This document shows, one piece after another, positions 26,618 through 36,547 of a DNA stretch of 64,000 bases. How positions within the stretch are numbered: the first letter of the stretch is position 1; each line of letters begins with the position of its first letter. Location: IMG/VR virus record IMGVR_UViG_3300020034_000012, positions 1,962-65,961 of that record; one strand, 5' to 3'. This DNA is from a virus. Lineage: Duplodnaviria > Caudoviricetes. The notes under the pieces were generated by a model that worked only from the letters and a program-made list of their open reading frames with translations, was not told the origin of the DNA and did not search any database. Position numbers and translations under genes: made by a program.

Positions 26618-29263
26618 TCACGCGCCCACCGCCTCAGAAACTACGGGCAGGGACAGCAGAACCACCATGCGTTGCGTGCGGCCATGGATGCTGACTGGTT
26701 TCTGCCAGCGTCCATCGTTGCCTGATTCAATCCAGCCGCGTGTGAACCAGTCCCTACATACCTGTTCGTACGCGTAGCCGCTGGCCTCAAGGTACTCGCG
26801 CAGCTGCTTCGGCCAGAAAACGATCGCCCCGTCGCGACGCAGATAGCCGTGAATAATCCCGTGCGGCATGGAGCGCGATGACGCCTCATCTTCCCCGCTG
26901 CTGGCTGTCCGCAGTTCCGGGAAGGCGCGTGGCTCGATGCCTGTCCACTCTTCAACATGCTGGCGTGCGCGTTCGCTGGCTGGGCGCAGTTGATCACCAC
27001 TGCCGCTCAGCCGTTCGAATAACCCTATGACAGTTTTGCCACTCCGTAAACCAACCCCTAGTTGCGCCGCCATACTCTCTGCCTGGCAGAGCAAGGCCCA
27101 GTATGCGGCTGTACGGTTTTGCAGGCTGTTCTTAGCTAGCGCTCGCAGCTGGTCACGATACATAGCCAATGACGTGCGGTAGCTAGTCCAGTCCTCAATC
27201 GAGAGTAGCTCTTCCAGCCACCGCTTCCCGAATGACCCCGCATGCTGGATGCAGGCATCGCGGATTGCGTCTATCTCGCCGCTGTTCAGCTGGCCTATCC
27301 CACTGACGGGCAGCTGCACTACCCGGACCTGCGCGCCGCTGGCCGCGGACTCTTCCGCTAACCCACGCTCACCGGTGGATAGGACAATCGTGCGCCACGC
27401 GAATGTTTCTCGGATGGTCAGGTCCCGCTGACTGCGGGTGCGTCCGGACCCGTTGACCAGCATGTAAATCAGCTTCTCAATCTGGCTGCGGTCACCCTGG
27501 CTGATCTCATCGAAGCACAGGGGCAGGTCACACAGGACCGCAGCTCTCATCTCCGCAGCGGTGGCAGTGGTGTTCCAGTTCGCAACCCAGTGTTCATTAT
27601 TGGGATCGCCATACACGCTGGCCGCTTGCTTCAGCATGGTGGTCTTACCCCGCGATGAATCCCCTGGTAGGTGCACCGCGAAGTTCGGGCAACCCAGCGG
27701 TTCAAGCAGGGGCGCAGCGAGTGCAGCGCAAATCATCACCCCGCTGATGGGATCGGATGCGAACGCTGCAGCAAGCGCGGCAGTGTGTTCCTTCAACTCG
27801 CCCCGTGGCTGCAGCGCAGTGAACATGCGGCGCCTGTCGCCACGCGAATCAAGCGCAAGCGGTGGCGCCTCTTCGGGGTCAGCGAACATGGGTTCATGCG
27901 CCACGAACGTGCGGACCCCGTCAATGGTGTGCCAGCCGCAGCTGCCCACGCATGCGGTGCGCTCAAGCTTGCCCGTGTTGACGTGTTCAAGTTCATCGAA
28001 CCAATCGATGACGCGAGTGGCGTTGTTACTGGTGACCGGCGCGCCGAACGGAACCAGCGATCCAATCATCGTGCGTGAATCGCAGATGGCCTTGCGCTCG
28101 ACGCACACGCTTATCCAGCGGCCGTCCCGAGGGAACGCCACGTCCACCCGGCCCTCGCTGGTGTAGTAGTCATCAAGATAGCGCTGGATGAGAATGGGTC
28201 CGCGCGCCACCACCGCATCTGAGTGGCGCTCATCTTGTGCGGTGCGCCACAGCACCCCGTCCTTCTCAATCGAGTAGCCCATCGGCAAGCGCAGGTCTTC
28301 AGGCACTGGCGCGCGCTCCATCCCCTTGATGCTCTTGATGCGTGCGGTGGGCTGCATCGGATTGATCGGTTCAATCTCGGATGCGCTCGCAAGCAGCTGC
28401 AGTGTGGCGGCGGCTCCGTGCGCGCCTAGATAGTCATCGATCCCCTTGTGCTCGGGAGACGGCGGCATGACAAACCGCACGCTGACCGCACCCGCAGCAA
28501 GCAGCACACCAGCGAGGCGCCCCGCCGCCTGCATCACTTGCGGTTTCTCCTTCGCGTCTGCGTCATAGGCAATGACGCAAGCGCGGCCACTGACCGTGAC
28601 GTGTTCACGGATGGTGCGGTGCAATCGCTCGGGTGCGTCGTTTGCGGGGACGTCCGCACCGGTGGCCGCGTAGTTCCACACGCCAGTCAGACCGATACAC
28701 GGCAGCCGCAGTTGGTCTAGCGCAAGTGACTTCTTCTCACCTTCAGTGAAGTAGAGAACTTGCGTGGTGTCATTGAGCGCACCGGACTCCCGCACCCACG
28801 GCGGCAGATAGACGAGCGTACTCTCGTCACTCGTTTGGTCATACTTGATGGGCTTGCGTTTGCCTGCGCGGTTTGGCTTACCCATCCGCGGGTTGGTAGG
28901 CTTGATGCGAAACGCAAACGGTCGCACCTGCTTTGGCAGGTGGAACGGGAACACCAACGCGGGACCGCACGTGCGTGGGTACGCGCGCCCAATGATCTCA
29001 CTCAGCGCTAGGGGGCGGTCTTCGGTGTACAGACCAGCAGCGCGGATGGTGTCGTCATCCAAGCCTGACTTGCGCAGGTCCGCGATGAAGTAGTCACTGA
29101 CCGAACGCTTATCGATCGGTGGTGGTTCGTGAAGCTTACGAACCTTGCGCGCAGCACGTGGTGGATGCGACCCATCATCGGTGGGTGCGGTCACAGAGTG
29201 CGCCGATTGAACGGCAGAGTAAATGGACTGGCTGCTGTGCAGCTCAGGGGGGGTAGAGCACAC
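26618..29263 (-). CDS. Primase-helicase (DUF3854-like Toprim plus DUF927 P-loop)
   Basis: KYDQ, FTEGEKK, GLTGVWN, IAYDAD, KGIDD; GDSSRGKTT, LCFDE, W....LSTGE. Confidence 0.9.
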   Translation of the reverse strand: MCSTPPELHSSQSIYSAVQSAHSVTAPTDDGSHPPRAARKVRKLHEPPPIDKRSVSDYFIADLRKSGLDDDTIRAAGLYTEDRPLALSEIIGRAYPRTCGPALVFPFHLPKQVRPFAFRIKPTNPRMGKPNRAGKRKPIKYDQTSDESTLVYLPPWVRESGALNDTTQVLYFTEGEKKSLALDQLRLPCIGLTGVWNYAATGADVPANDAPERLHRTIREHVTVSGRACVIAYDADAKEKPQVMQAAGRLAGVLLAAGAVSVRFVMPPSPEHKGIDDYLGAHGAAATLQLLASASEIEPINPMQPTARIKSIKGMERAPVPEDLRLPMGYSIEKDGVLWRTAQDERHSDAVVARGPILIQRYLDDYYTSEGRVDVAFPRDGRWISVCVERKAICDSRTMIGSLVPFGAPVTSNNATRVIDWFDELEHVNTGKLERTACVGSCGWHTIDGVRTFVAHEPMFADPEEAPPLALDSRGDRRRMFTALQPRGELKEHTAALAAAFASDPISGVMICAALAAPLLEPLGCPNFAVHLPGDSSRGKTTMLKQAASVYGDPNNEHWVANWNTTATAAEMRAAVLCDLPLCFDEISQGDRSQIEKLIYMLVNGSGRTRSQRDLTIRETFAWRTIVLSTGERGLAEESAASGAQVRVVQLPVSGIGQLNSGEIDAIRDACIQHAGSFGKRWLEELLSIEDWTSYRTSLAMYRDQLRALAKNSLQNRTAAYWALLCQAESMAAQLGVGLRSGKTVIGLFERLSGSGDQLRPASERARQHVEEWTGIEPRAFPELRTASSGEDEASSRSMPHGIIHGYLRRDGAIVFWPKQLREYLEASGYAYEQVCRDWFTRGWIESGNDGRWQKPVSIHGRTQRMVVLLSLPVVSEAVGA

Positions 29264-29325
29264 ACCAGCCAGTCAACACGGCTTGTCATACGTTCCACCA
29301 TCCCTGTCAAGATTGCGTCGAGCGT

Positions 29326-29562
29326 TCACGCAGCGCTGGCGTTGTCTTCACTGTCTGCCAGTGGGACTAGACGCAGCACCGTGTTCGCATCAGAGCTGAG
29401 CACACGCATCAAAGCTGCGAAGCGCGGCAGGTGCGGGAACGTTTCACCGTTCTCCCACCGACCCACTACGGACACGTTGCAGCGCACGTAACGGGCAAGG
29501 TCCGCGCGATCCCATCCACGCGCTTCACGTTCCTTGATGAGCCAGTCAGCAAATGCGTTCAT
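29326..29562 (-). CDS. Cro-like XRE HTH regulator
   Basis: EREARGWDRADLARYVRCNVSVVGRWENGETFP; first gene of the leftward arm. Confidence 0.8.
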   Translation of the reverse strand: MNAFADWLIKEREARGWDRADLARYVRCNVSVVGRWENGETFPHLPRFAALMRVLSSDANTVLRLVPLADSEDNASAA

Positions 29563-29666
29563 CGACGTCCCGCAAACTAGTGCGAAAACGCGCAACGCAT
29601 CAAGCATCAACGTTGAAATAAAATGGCAGATGTGCGCAAGTCCAAGCTGTATAGCTCAGACGTCTA
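29563..29666. promoter_or_regulatory. Divergent lysis/lysogeny switch region
   Basis: Intergenic gap between two divergent XRE HTH genes; GCGAAAACGCGC at 29582-29593 recurs at 30409-30420. Confidence 0.65.
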
Positions 29667-30071
29667 GTGACCACGATAGAAGAGCGATTCGGCCGTAGGC
29701 TGCGGCGGATTCGCAAGTTGGTTGGCGACTCAAGCCAGCGCCTTGCGGATGTCTGCGGCGTGGACGTGTCTCAAGTGCCGCGCTGGGAGAAGGGTGAAGC
29801 ATCGCCCCGGGGGAGCGCGATGCTGCTTCTGCTGCAGCACTACAGGGAACATCAGCACTACCTCATCCACGGTGAACCGGGTGAGGAGCCTGCTCCAAGC
29901 GAACACGTGGAAGTGCTGCGCGCGTTCCTGCGAACGGCCATCGGACAGCTGGCAGCCAGCGCAGGGATCGTACCCGCACTGTCAAGCATACAGTTCACGA
30001 ACACGCCAAGCGTACAGCTGTACTCTGTCATCGCACTTGAGCTAATGCGCGATTCCGAGCATGACAGCTAG
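29667..30071 (+). CDS. CI-like XRE repressor without peptidase domain
   Basis: FGRRLRRIR..QRLADVCGVDVSQVPRWEKGEASP. Confidence 0.8.
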   Translation: MTTIEERFGRRLRRIRKLVGDSSQRLADVCGVDVSQVPRWEKGEASPRGSAMLLLLQHYREHQHYLIHGEPGEEPAPSEHVEVLRAFLRTAIGQLAASAGIVPALSSIQFTNTPSVQLYSVIALELMRDSEHDS

Positions 30072-30212
30072 CTAAAGACTACAGTTTGTCCTGTTGTAGG
30101 GTGCACGCTTCAGACTGTAGCAGCCTTGCCGACATTCCCGCATATATGGAATTTCATGGTGTCCGCGAAATCCTTGTAGATCGTTTGTGATTACGATCGT
30201 AGGTTCCGCCGC

Positions 30213-30401
30213 ATGCATCCGGTCGAGCTTGGTTCGGAAACGCACCCCGCGAATGACAACGCGGTGGCATCGTACCTTGAAACGCCGCAAGCCGAACGCG
30301 CACAGCTTGGGACCACCCTGAGTGTGTTGCGTCTGGCGAAGTGCGCCCCACTGACTGCCCGTCAGCTGCTGCGTCTTCAGTCCGCAATCGAGTCAGCCTA
30401 G
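30213..30401 (+). CDS. Small hypothetical protein containing ANDN
   Basis: 62 aa ORF in gap after repressor. Confidence 0.45.
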   Translation: MHPVELGSETHPANDNAVASYLETPQAERAQLGTTLSVLRLAKCAPLTARQLLRLQSAIESA

Positions 30402-30520
30402 GTCATCCGCGAAAACGCGCGTTCTGCATTGCGCGTTATTGCATTCCGAACAGAGCTGAAGTAACACGCGTATTCGCGCAGTGGGAAACCGCCCCCCTGT
30501 GCGAAGCGAAAGGACTCGCT

Positions 30521-30889
30521 ATGCCTGCTGCCGCCGATACCACCCGGCACGGTCAGCTGTTTGACGTGCTGATGGACCACGCACCGGACGTGCGTGCGTC
30601 AATGCCATGCGAAGCGCAGCGTGCGCGCCGTGACATCGCACGCGCGCTCGCTCTATCCGAGGACATCATCCAGCCGCGCATGCGGATGGCTGTGCAGCGC
30701 GCTCTGTTCACCGTCGCAGCAGACCTAGGCTGCGCGGTGTGCGGCAAGACGATTGCTGTAGCTGAGCTTGAGTCTTGCTCGATGACACGGCAGTCGCTTG
30801 TGCACCTGTGGGGTAGCTGCAGTGACCAGTTCGCTACGTGGCTCGGGACCACTGTGGATGAAGCACTCGAGGGAAACGCGTGGCTGTGA
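30521..30889 (+). CDS. Hypothetical protein
   Basis: AAAGGA RBS before ATG 30521; CAVC. Confidence 0.6.
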   Translation: MPAAADTTRHGQLFDVLMDHAPDVRASMPCEAQRARRDIARALALSEDIIQPRMRMAVQRALFTVAADLGCAVCGKTIAVAELESCSMTRQSLVHLWGSCSDQFATWLGTTVDEALEGNAWL

Positions 30890-30917
30890 CGTGGACCAAC
30901 ACGAAAGGGACGGGACG

Positions 30918-31172
30918 ATGAGCAAGCATGAAGTGCAGCACTACGTTTCGGTAGCACCCGATGAGCAAGTTATCACACGCGCGCGCGTGGTGACTGGTGA
31001 CCGCACCGATGATGTCAGCCTGTTCATCGGTGACAACATCTGCGGGACGCTGTGCGTACCAGCTGGTAGGGGGCGCGCGTTCTGCGAACAGCTCCACCTG
31101 GTGGATCGCAACGTGTGTTCGCTCGCAACGATTCAGCGTGAGTTCAAGCGGATGTTATCCGCACAGGAGTAA
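30918..31172 (+). CDS. Hypothetical protein
   Basis: Purine-rich RBS; tiles the operon. Confidence 0.5.
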   Translation: MSKHEVQHYVSVAPDEQVITRARVVTGDRTDDVSLFIGDNICGTLCVPAGRGRAFCEQLHLVDRNVCSLATIQREFKRMLSAQE

Positions 31173-31177
31173 GCAGT

Positions 31178-32353
31178 ATGGCGTGGGACTATAAGCGGTG
31201 GGCAACGATTGACGATCCAAGTCACAAGTCAGACTTGAACGCGATCGCAGGGGACTACGGTTGTCTGCGCGCGTTCAAGTACGGGAAGGACGCCACCGCT
31301 GAAGGCAAGTCCCGCGAGAGTGAAACCGAATGCAACGGCCGCATGATGAGCGGCACTGCCACCCACGAAACTGTTGCGCGCGCACTCGGCAACCCAAAGG
31401 TGCAGCCGAAGATGCTGAGTCACAGTGACACGTGGTCAGTGGACGTTGCCAGCTGCCAGCGCGTCTACGATCTTGAGATGGCGCAAGCAGTCGGTGGACG
31501 GCGGGTCCATTGGTACGATGCGGACGATGAGAAGATCACTGTGCAGCGGGCAGAGATGATCGCTGGCGTGCTGAACGACATGAAGCACCACGTGATGAGC
31601 GTGCGCCTGCTAGAGGCTGGCTTCATCGTGAAGATCGGGGACTACTGGTGCAGCGGCCACACCGATCTGATTTACGAACCAATGCGTCATCCGGGAACGA
31701 TTGCGCTGGCAGACTGGAAGACGGGCCAGACCAAACCGAATCAGATAGCGCTGGACCATTCGTGGGAGTCCGGGGTCTACAGCGCGGCCATGAAGTCTGG
31801 CCTGTGGATCGCACGTGAACACGTCGAGCTTCCCATCAACACGGTGGGTCGCTACATGAAAGAGCGCGAAGCATTGGAAACGGAACTGATCCGTGTTGCC
31901 AAAGCGTACACCGAACACGGCGAGTTACCGGACCACGTGCAGGTGCTGGGTCAGTTCCCATCCGAGATCCATTACGTCCACCTGGCAGACTATGTCCCGT
32001 ATCAGAAGGCTGGCAAGAAAGAGGCAAAGCGTCCTGAAGAGCTTCGGTTCTACGGACTCGATGAACCGGGTGACGTCAAGTATGCGAAGGGCCAGCAGCG
32101 CGGACCTGCCTGGTACGAAGTGCGGCGGACTGAGCAGGACATCCCGCGTCTTGAATCGCTGCTGCGCAACGTAGTCGGAACGATCCGCATGGGTCGATTC
32201 TTCGAATCAGTTGGCGAGAAGTGCACGCGCTGTCCGCACAAACAGCCCTGCCTCAATAGTGGATATGAGCTACGCGGCGATCCCAAGCAGGTCATGGACC
32301 GCATGCTGAAACAGCTGGCCATCGAAGATGACGGCTTGGGGGAAGTCGGTTGA
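31178..32353 (+). CDS. PD-(D/E)XK exonuclease (RecB/Cas4-like)
   Basis: GTATH, LEAGF, GHTDLI, DWKTG, C-terminal CTRCPHKQPC with an N-terminal Cys; AGGAG RBS. Confidence 0.88.
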   Translation: MAWDYKRWATIDDPSHKSDLNAIAGDYGCLRAFKYGKDATAEGKSRESETECNGRMMSGTATHETVARALGNPKVQPKMLSHSDTWSVDVASCQRVYDLEMAQAVGGRRVHWYDADDEKITVQRAEMIAGVLNDMKHHVMSVRLLEAGFIVKIGDYWCSGHTDLIYEPMRHPGTIALADWKTGQTKPNQIALDHSWESGVYSAAMKSGLWIAREHVELPINTVGRYMKEREALETELIRVAKAYTEHGELPDHVQVLGQFPSEIHYVHLADYVPYQKAGKKEAKRPEELRFYGLDEPGDVKYAKGQQRGPAWYEVRRTEQDIPRLESLLRNVVGTIRMGRFFESVGEKCTRCPHKQPCLNSGYELRGDPKQVMDRMLKQLAIEDDGLGEVG

Positions 32354-32409
32354 CCGGTGTAGAGTCTGTGCAGAAGTGCAGCGAATGGGCTGCGCTACGC
32401 ACAAGGACG

Positions 32410-32787
32410 ATGACCATGGGTAATACGAACGTAGTCAAGCTGAAGACCAGCAGGGATACATTCGGTCAGCGCGCAGTAGTGGCTGGCAAGTATGCGGCGA
32501 TGGACTTTCCGCCCATCACCGATGTGGAAGAAGAGTTTCTGAAGCGGCTGATGCACGACTGGGGATCCACTCGAGTAGCCAAGTGGATGAAGGTGTCCGA
32601 GGCAACCGCGTTGCGCGTGGCGGCGGGGCTCGGGTTCAAGTGCAGGCCGGACACGATGGCAAGCATCAGAGAGTTTTTCGCTGTGGCGGATCTGAAGTCG
32701 GCCAAGCGCGGGATAGGTCCGGATGGACGTGACAGTCCAAAACAACGAGGCATCAATCGTAATGGCAAAAGAGAAGGCAAACGGTAA
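32410..32787 (+). CDS. Possible HTH protein
   Basis: GSTRVAKWMKVSEATALRVAAG. Confidence 0.55.
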   Translation: MTMGNTNVVKLKTSRDTFGQRAVVAGKYAAMDFPPITDVEEEFLKRLMHDWGSTRVAKWMKVSEATALRVAAGLGFKCRPDTMASIREFFAVADLKSAKRGIGPDGRDSPKQRGINRNGKREGKR

Positions 32788-33736
32788 CGCACCCGCAAAC
32801 ACCACGCTTGCACTGGCCGATAGTTCGGCCAGTGCAGTTGTACTAAATGGACCTGCGTCAGCACTCGCACTCGCTGACGGTGACCAACTCGCTGCGCTGG
32901 AGGGCTTTGACGCAATCGAGATTGAAGATGATGGCCTAACCGAGATTGGCCAAGAGGACATCAAGCTTGCAACGAAGGTCTTCAACTTCAAGGGAACGCA
33001 GAGTAACGGCGATCCCATTCAAGCGAACATGTTCTATGACACGTTGACTGAGAGCCTTGACCGCGATCTGGATCTGGTCCTCATCAAGACGCACAAAACG
33101 AATGAGTGGCGCGAGTATGATGAAGCCGCCAAGAAATCGAACGTGCGTTGTAGAAGCTTTGACCGCATCAAGGGTGTGATGGATGACGGGACGATCCGTC
33201 CCTGTCAGGGCTGCCCTGATGCGGAGTGGAAGACCGGACCCGATCCCAAGACCGGACGCATGAAGCGGTCACGTCGCTGCGGTCCCGTTCACAACGTGTT
33301 CGCAGTAGAGCTGCCGTCCCTGCAACCGTGCGTCATCCGGTTCCGGAGGACATCGCTCAAAGTCGCTCAGGATTATTTCAGCCGCTACCACATGGGTAAG
33401 CGCCGAACGCGTGACCCGAAGACGGGAACGATCGCGCTATCGAACTACCCGCTGTTTAGCTTCTACTGCAAGGCATCGCTCAAGATGAGTGAGGACCGTC
33501 AGCCCTACGCTATCCCCGTGCTGACGTGTGGTGCGGTGGTCTCCCCGGAACTGTTTCGCATGGCGAATGAAACCGTCAAGTATGTGAACACGGTGCTGCT
33601 GGGTGAGCTGACTAAGATCATCGATGCACCAGAGCCGTCCACCGATGACGGTGACGCAAGCTTTGACACCAGCACGATGAGCAACGGTGCGGATACCGGT
33701 GGCGGCGAGGGACAGGACTTCGTAGCCGGTAGCTGA
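32762..33736 (+). CDS. Putative ssDNA-binding/annealing protein, Zn-binding
   Basis: CRSFD..CQGCP..W..C motif, acidic flexible C-terminus, between exonuclease and helicase. Confidence 0.55.
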   Translation: MAKEKANGNAPANTTLALADSSASAVVLNGPASALALADGDQLAALEGFDAIEIEDDGLTEIGQEDIKLATKVFNFKGTQSNGDPIQANMFYDTLTESLDRDLDLVLIKTHKTNEWREYDEAAKKSNVRCRSFDRIKGVMDDGTIRPCQGCPDAEWKTGPDPKTGRMKRSRRCGPVHNVFAVELPSLQPCVIRFRRTSLKVAQDYFSRYHMGKRRTRDPKTGTIALSNYPLFSFYCKASLKMSEDRQPYAIPVLTCGAVVSPELFRMANETVKYVNTVLLGELTKIIDAPEPSTDDGDASFDTSTMSNGADTGGGEGQDFVAGS

Positions 33737-33890
33737 GACTCCAGCACGCGCGCGCGCCGCAGCCCTAGCCGGGTGGTGGCGATGCGCTGCACATGGCGCG
33801 CGTGCTTGCAGTGAGACCCGATGAAGCTGGGCAGGCCAGCGGCTTCTAGTACGGGTGTTCGCGGTACTGGCCTGACTTTACGGGTGCACC

Positions 33891-34796
33891 ATGCCTGCCG
33901 TTGAACACACCACCCAGAAGCTACGCGGGACCCTGCGATCGCACAAAGTACTTGCGGCCGATGGGTGGGGACGGGGTGAACTGGAAGTGGGTGGGCTGTG
34001 CGTTACGCTGGTGGGCAAGCTTCTGAACGTGCGACCGGGTGACACGGTTGAAGTCATCGGGGAGCACAGCCGCCACGATAAATACGGTGAGCAGTTCACG
34101 GTGAAGAGCTGCACGCCAGTGCAACCGGACACAGCTGATGGCGTAGTCCTGTGGATGGCATCGCGGCTGCCTGACGTGGGCGCATCCCGCGCGCGCGCAT
34201 TGGTGGAAGCGTTCGGAGAATCGCTCTGGTCCATCATCGAGCGTGAACCGCTCAAGCTGATGGAAGTCAGTGGCATCACTGAAGCGCGCGCACTTGCTAT
34301 CGCCACCGCCTACGCTGAAGTCAGCCACGAACGTGAGCACATGTCTCAGCTGCGTGGGTGGGGGCTGACTGAAAGCCAGGTGGCCAAGTGCCTTGCTACG
34401 TGGGGATCGCTCGCCAGTGTGGTGGAGCACGTGCGCGCGGACCCGTTTGAGCTGGCATCGATCGTCGACGGGTTCGGCTTCAAGCGCGCGGACCAGGTGG
34501 CGCGCAAGATGGGTATTGCGCTCGACGCACCCGGACGCATCCGCGCAGCGATCCTGTACACGCTAGAACTGAGCGCGCAGGACGGGCATTGCTTCATGTG
34601 GGGTGGACGGTTGCGTGAAGTTGCAGCGGACCTGCTGAGCGTATCGCCAGACCTGGTCATCAATCAGATCTTCGCCGTGTTGGAAATGCAGCGGTGCGTC
34701 AAGCGTGGCGCGCGCATCTACAGCGTGAAGCTGGACAGGGCAGAAGAAGCGTGCGCGGTCAGCATCGCGCGCATGCTGGAAAGGCAAGCGTCGTGA
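33891..34796 (+). CDS. RecD2 N-terminal part (OB fold plus HhH repeats)
   Basis: HDKYGEQF, LPDVG, VSGI, DPFEL..VDGFGFKRADQVA, RIRAAILYTL..DGHCF. Confidence 0.88.
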   Translation: MPAVEHTTQKLRGTLRSHKVLAADGWGRGELEVGGLCVTLVGKLLNVRPGDTVEVIGEHSRHDKYGEQFTVKSCTPVQPDTADGVVLWMASRLPDVGASRARALVEAFGESLWSIIEREPLKLMEVSGITEARALAIATAYAEVSHEREHMSQLRGWGLTESQVAKCLATWGSLASVVEHVRADPFELASIVDGFGFKRADQVARKMGIALDAPGRIRAAILYTLELSAQDGHCFMWGGRLREVAADLLSVSPDLVINQIFAVLEMQRCVKRGARIYSVKLDRAEEACAVSIARMLERQAS

Positions 34797-35002
34797 AGCC
34801 ACCCGCAGAACCTCCGTCGACACTATGCCGCTGCGTGTCCAGTCCTAGCTGGGGGTGGACGCGCAGCCACAGCGCTGACTGTTCATCGGATGAGCGCGCA
34901 GGGTTCGGACCCGCATGCAAGCACTGCGGACACAGCTACTGCAAGTGTTCGTGGTGGAAGCGGTGGCGCACGGGCAACACGCATAAGCGGGATGGGTGGT
35001 AG
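34793..35002 (+). CDS. Small Cys/Trp-rich ORF between the RecD2 halves
   Basis: GTGA overlap with upstream stop; ends 2 nt before next ATG; CRC, CKHCGH.YCKC. Confidence 0.5.
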   Translation: MKPPAEPPSTLCRCVSSPSWGWTRSHSADCSSDERAGFGPACKHCGHSYCKCSWWKRWRTGNTHKRDGW

Positions 35003-35004
35003 CG

Positions 35005-36198
35005 ATGACCATCGAGCTAGACCCGTCGCAGCTGATGGCTGTTCGGTTGATGGTGGAGTCACGCTTCGCCTGCGTGACCGGTGGCGCTGGCGTGGGTAAG
35101 ACCACGTCCCTACGCTTTGCCATCCAAGAGATTGACGCCAAGGGGTTGCCGTTCGAACTGGCAGCGCCGACTGGCAAAGCGGCCAAGCGCATGACTGAAG
35201 CGACGGGCCAGCCAGCGCAGACGATCCACCGCTTGCTGCAGTGGCGTAATGGTCCGCAGCTAAACCATCACTTCCCGATAGACACCAGCGTGGTCATCAT
35301 AGATGAGGCGTCGATGCTGGACATCGTCCTACTGCAGTTCCTGCTGGACGCGATTGACCCGACGCAGACGCGGCTGATTCTGATTGGCGATGCGAACCAG
35401 CTTCCCCCGGTGGGACCTGGCTGCCCGTTCGGTGAGCTGTGCGAGTCAGGCTTAGTCCCCGTCGCACGCTTGACCAAACTCCACCGCGCAGCAGAGCTGA
35501 GCTGGATCAATCAGGCCAGTCAGGCCGTGCTGCAGCGCAAGCTTCCTGACCTGCACACTGAGCGCGATGATTTCCGCTTCATCCCAGTGGCCACGTCCGC
35601 TGACATCGCACCCGCCATCACCGAACTGTTCACGCGTGCGACGTCCGAAGATCTGCAGGTGCTCATCCCGCAGAACCCGCGCACTGGTGGCGTGACCGAA
35701 GCGAACCTGGCGCTACAGGCGCGCATCAATCCACCGCGTGAAGGCGAAACGCATTACCGCAGACGGGACAAGACTGAGCTGCGCATCCATGACCGGGTCA
35801 TCCAAACGAAAAACGATTACCAGCTGCAGATTTTCAACGGTGAAGTGGGGACGGTAGTGGACGTGGCCACAGACAAAGTCACGGTCAACTTCATGGACCG
35901 TGGGGATGTGGGCTACACGCCGCAGCAGGCAGGCGCACTGCAGCTGGCGTATGCATTGACCGTGCACAAGATGCAGGGTTCGGAGTTTCCGTGGATCTGT
36001 TTTGTGTGCCACTCGACACACACGCATCTGCTTTCGCCGCAACTGATCTACACTGCGATCACCCGGGGCAAGAAAGGCGTAATCATCGTGGGTGATGAGA
36101 AGGGAATGCAGCAGGGTTTGCGAATGAAAAACCCACCACGCCGCAACTCAGGACTCATTCAACGGCTGACCAAACACGTGGACTTCATCGCAGCATGA
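35005..36198 (+). CDS. RecD2-like SF1B helicase core
   Basis: GGAGVGKTT, APTGKAAKR, DEASM, GDANQLPPVG, AYALTVHKMQGSEF, YTAITR. Confidence 0.93.
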   Translation: MTIELDPSQLMAVRLMVESRFACVTGGAGVGKTTSLRFAIQEIDAKGLPFELAAPTGKAAKRMTEATGQPAQTIHRLLQWRNGPQLNHHFPIDTSVVIIDEASMLDIVLLQFLLDAIDPTQTRLILIGDANQLPPVGPGCPFGELCESGLVPVARLTKLHRAAELSWINQASQAVLQRKLPDLHTERDDFRFIPVATSADIAPAITELFTRATSEDLQVLIPQNPRTGGVTEANLALQARINPPREGETHYRRRDKTELRIHDRVIQTKNDYQLQIFNGEVGTVVDVATDKVTVNFMDRGDVGYTPQQAGALQLAYALTVHKMQGSEFPWICFVCHSTHTHLLSPQLIYTAITRGKKGVIIVGDEKGMQQGLRMKNPPRRNSGLIQRLTKHVDFIAA

Positions 36199-36539
36199 CT
36201 GGACTGCCAGAGTTGTGGTGCAGGTTTTGTAAAGAGCTAACCAAGCAGGTGGTTAGCGAAGTGAACCCGCACCATCGAACATGCATCACCTGCTGGCGCA
36301 GACAGAAGGACGGGGTACGCATTGAGATTACGGACGGGGAACGCTTCAGCGAGCAAGCACCCCGCAGAGATACGCGGCCACCCACGCTGCCGCCGCCGCC
36401 AATGATTCCCGCGGTGGACTACGTAGAGCGGCTAGAGTTCAACGATGTCCTGCGCCGCATCGAGACGATTGAGCGTGTGCTAGCCGCGCAAAGTAACCAG
36501 TTGTCAGGAGTAGCTGCACTAACCACGCTGTATAAATAG
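36195..36539 (+). CDS. Zn-ribbon hypothetical protein
   Basis: CRFC..CITC; ATGA overlap. Confidence 0.55.
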   Translation: MTGLPELWCRFCKELTKQVVSEVNPHHRTCITCWRRQKDGVRIEITDGERFSEQAPRRDTRPPTLPPPPMIPAVDYVERLEFNDVLRRIETIERVLAAQSNQLSGVAALTTLYK

Positions 36540-36547
36540 AGGGACCG

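Noticed and set aside
26283-26621. 112-aa ORF across the origin-like region
   Set aside because: Atypical composition dictated by GTGTAA repeats; overlaps at both ends mean it is not fully excluded
31178-32353. Cas4 / CRISPR system
   Set aside because: No repeat-spacer array or other cas genes seen; context is phage recombination
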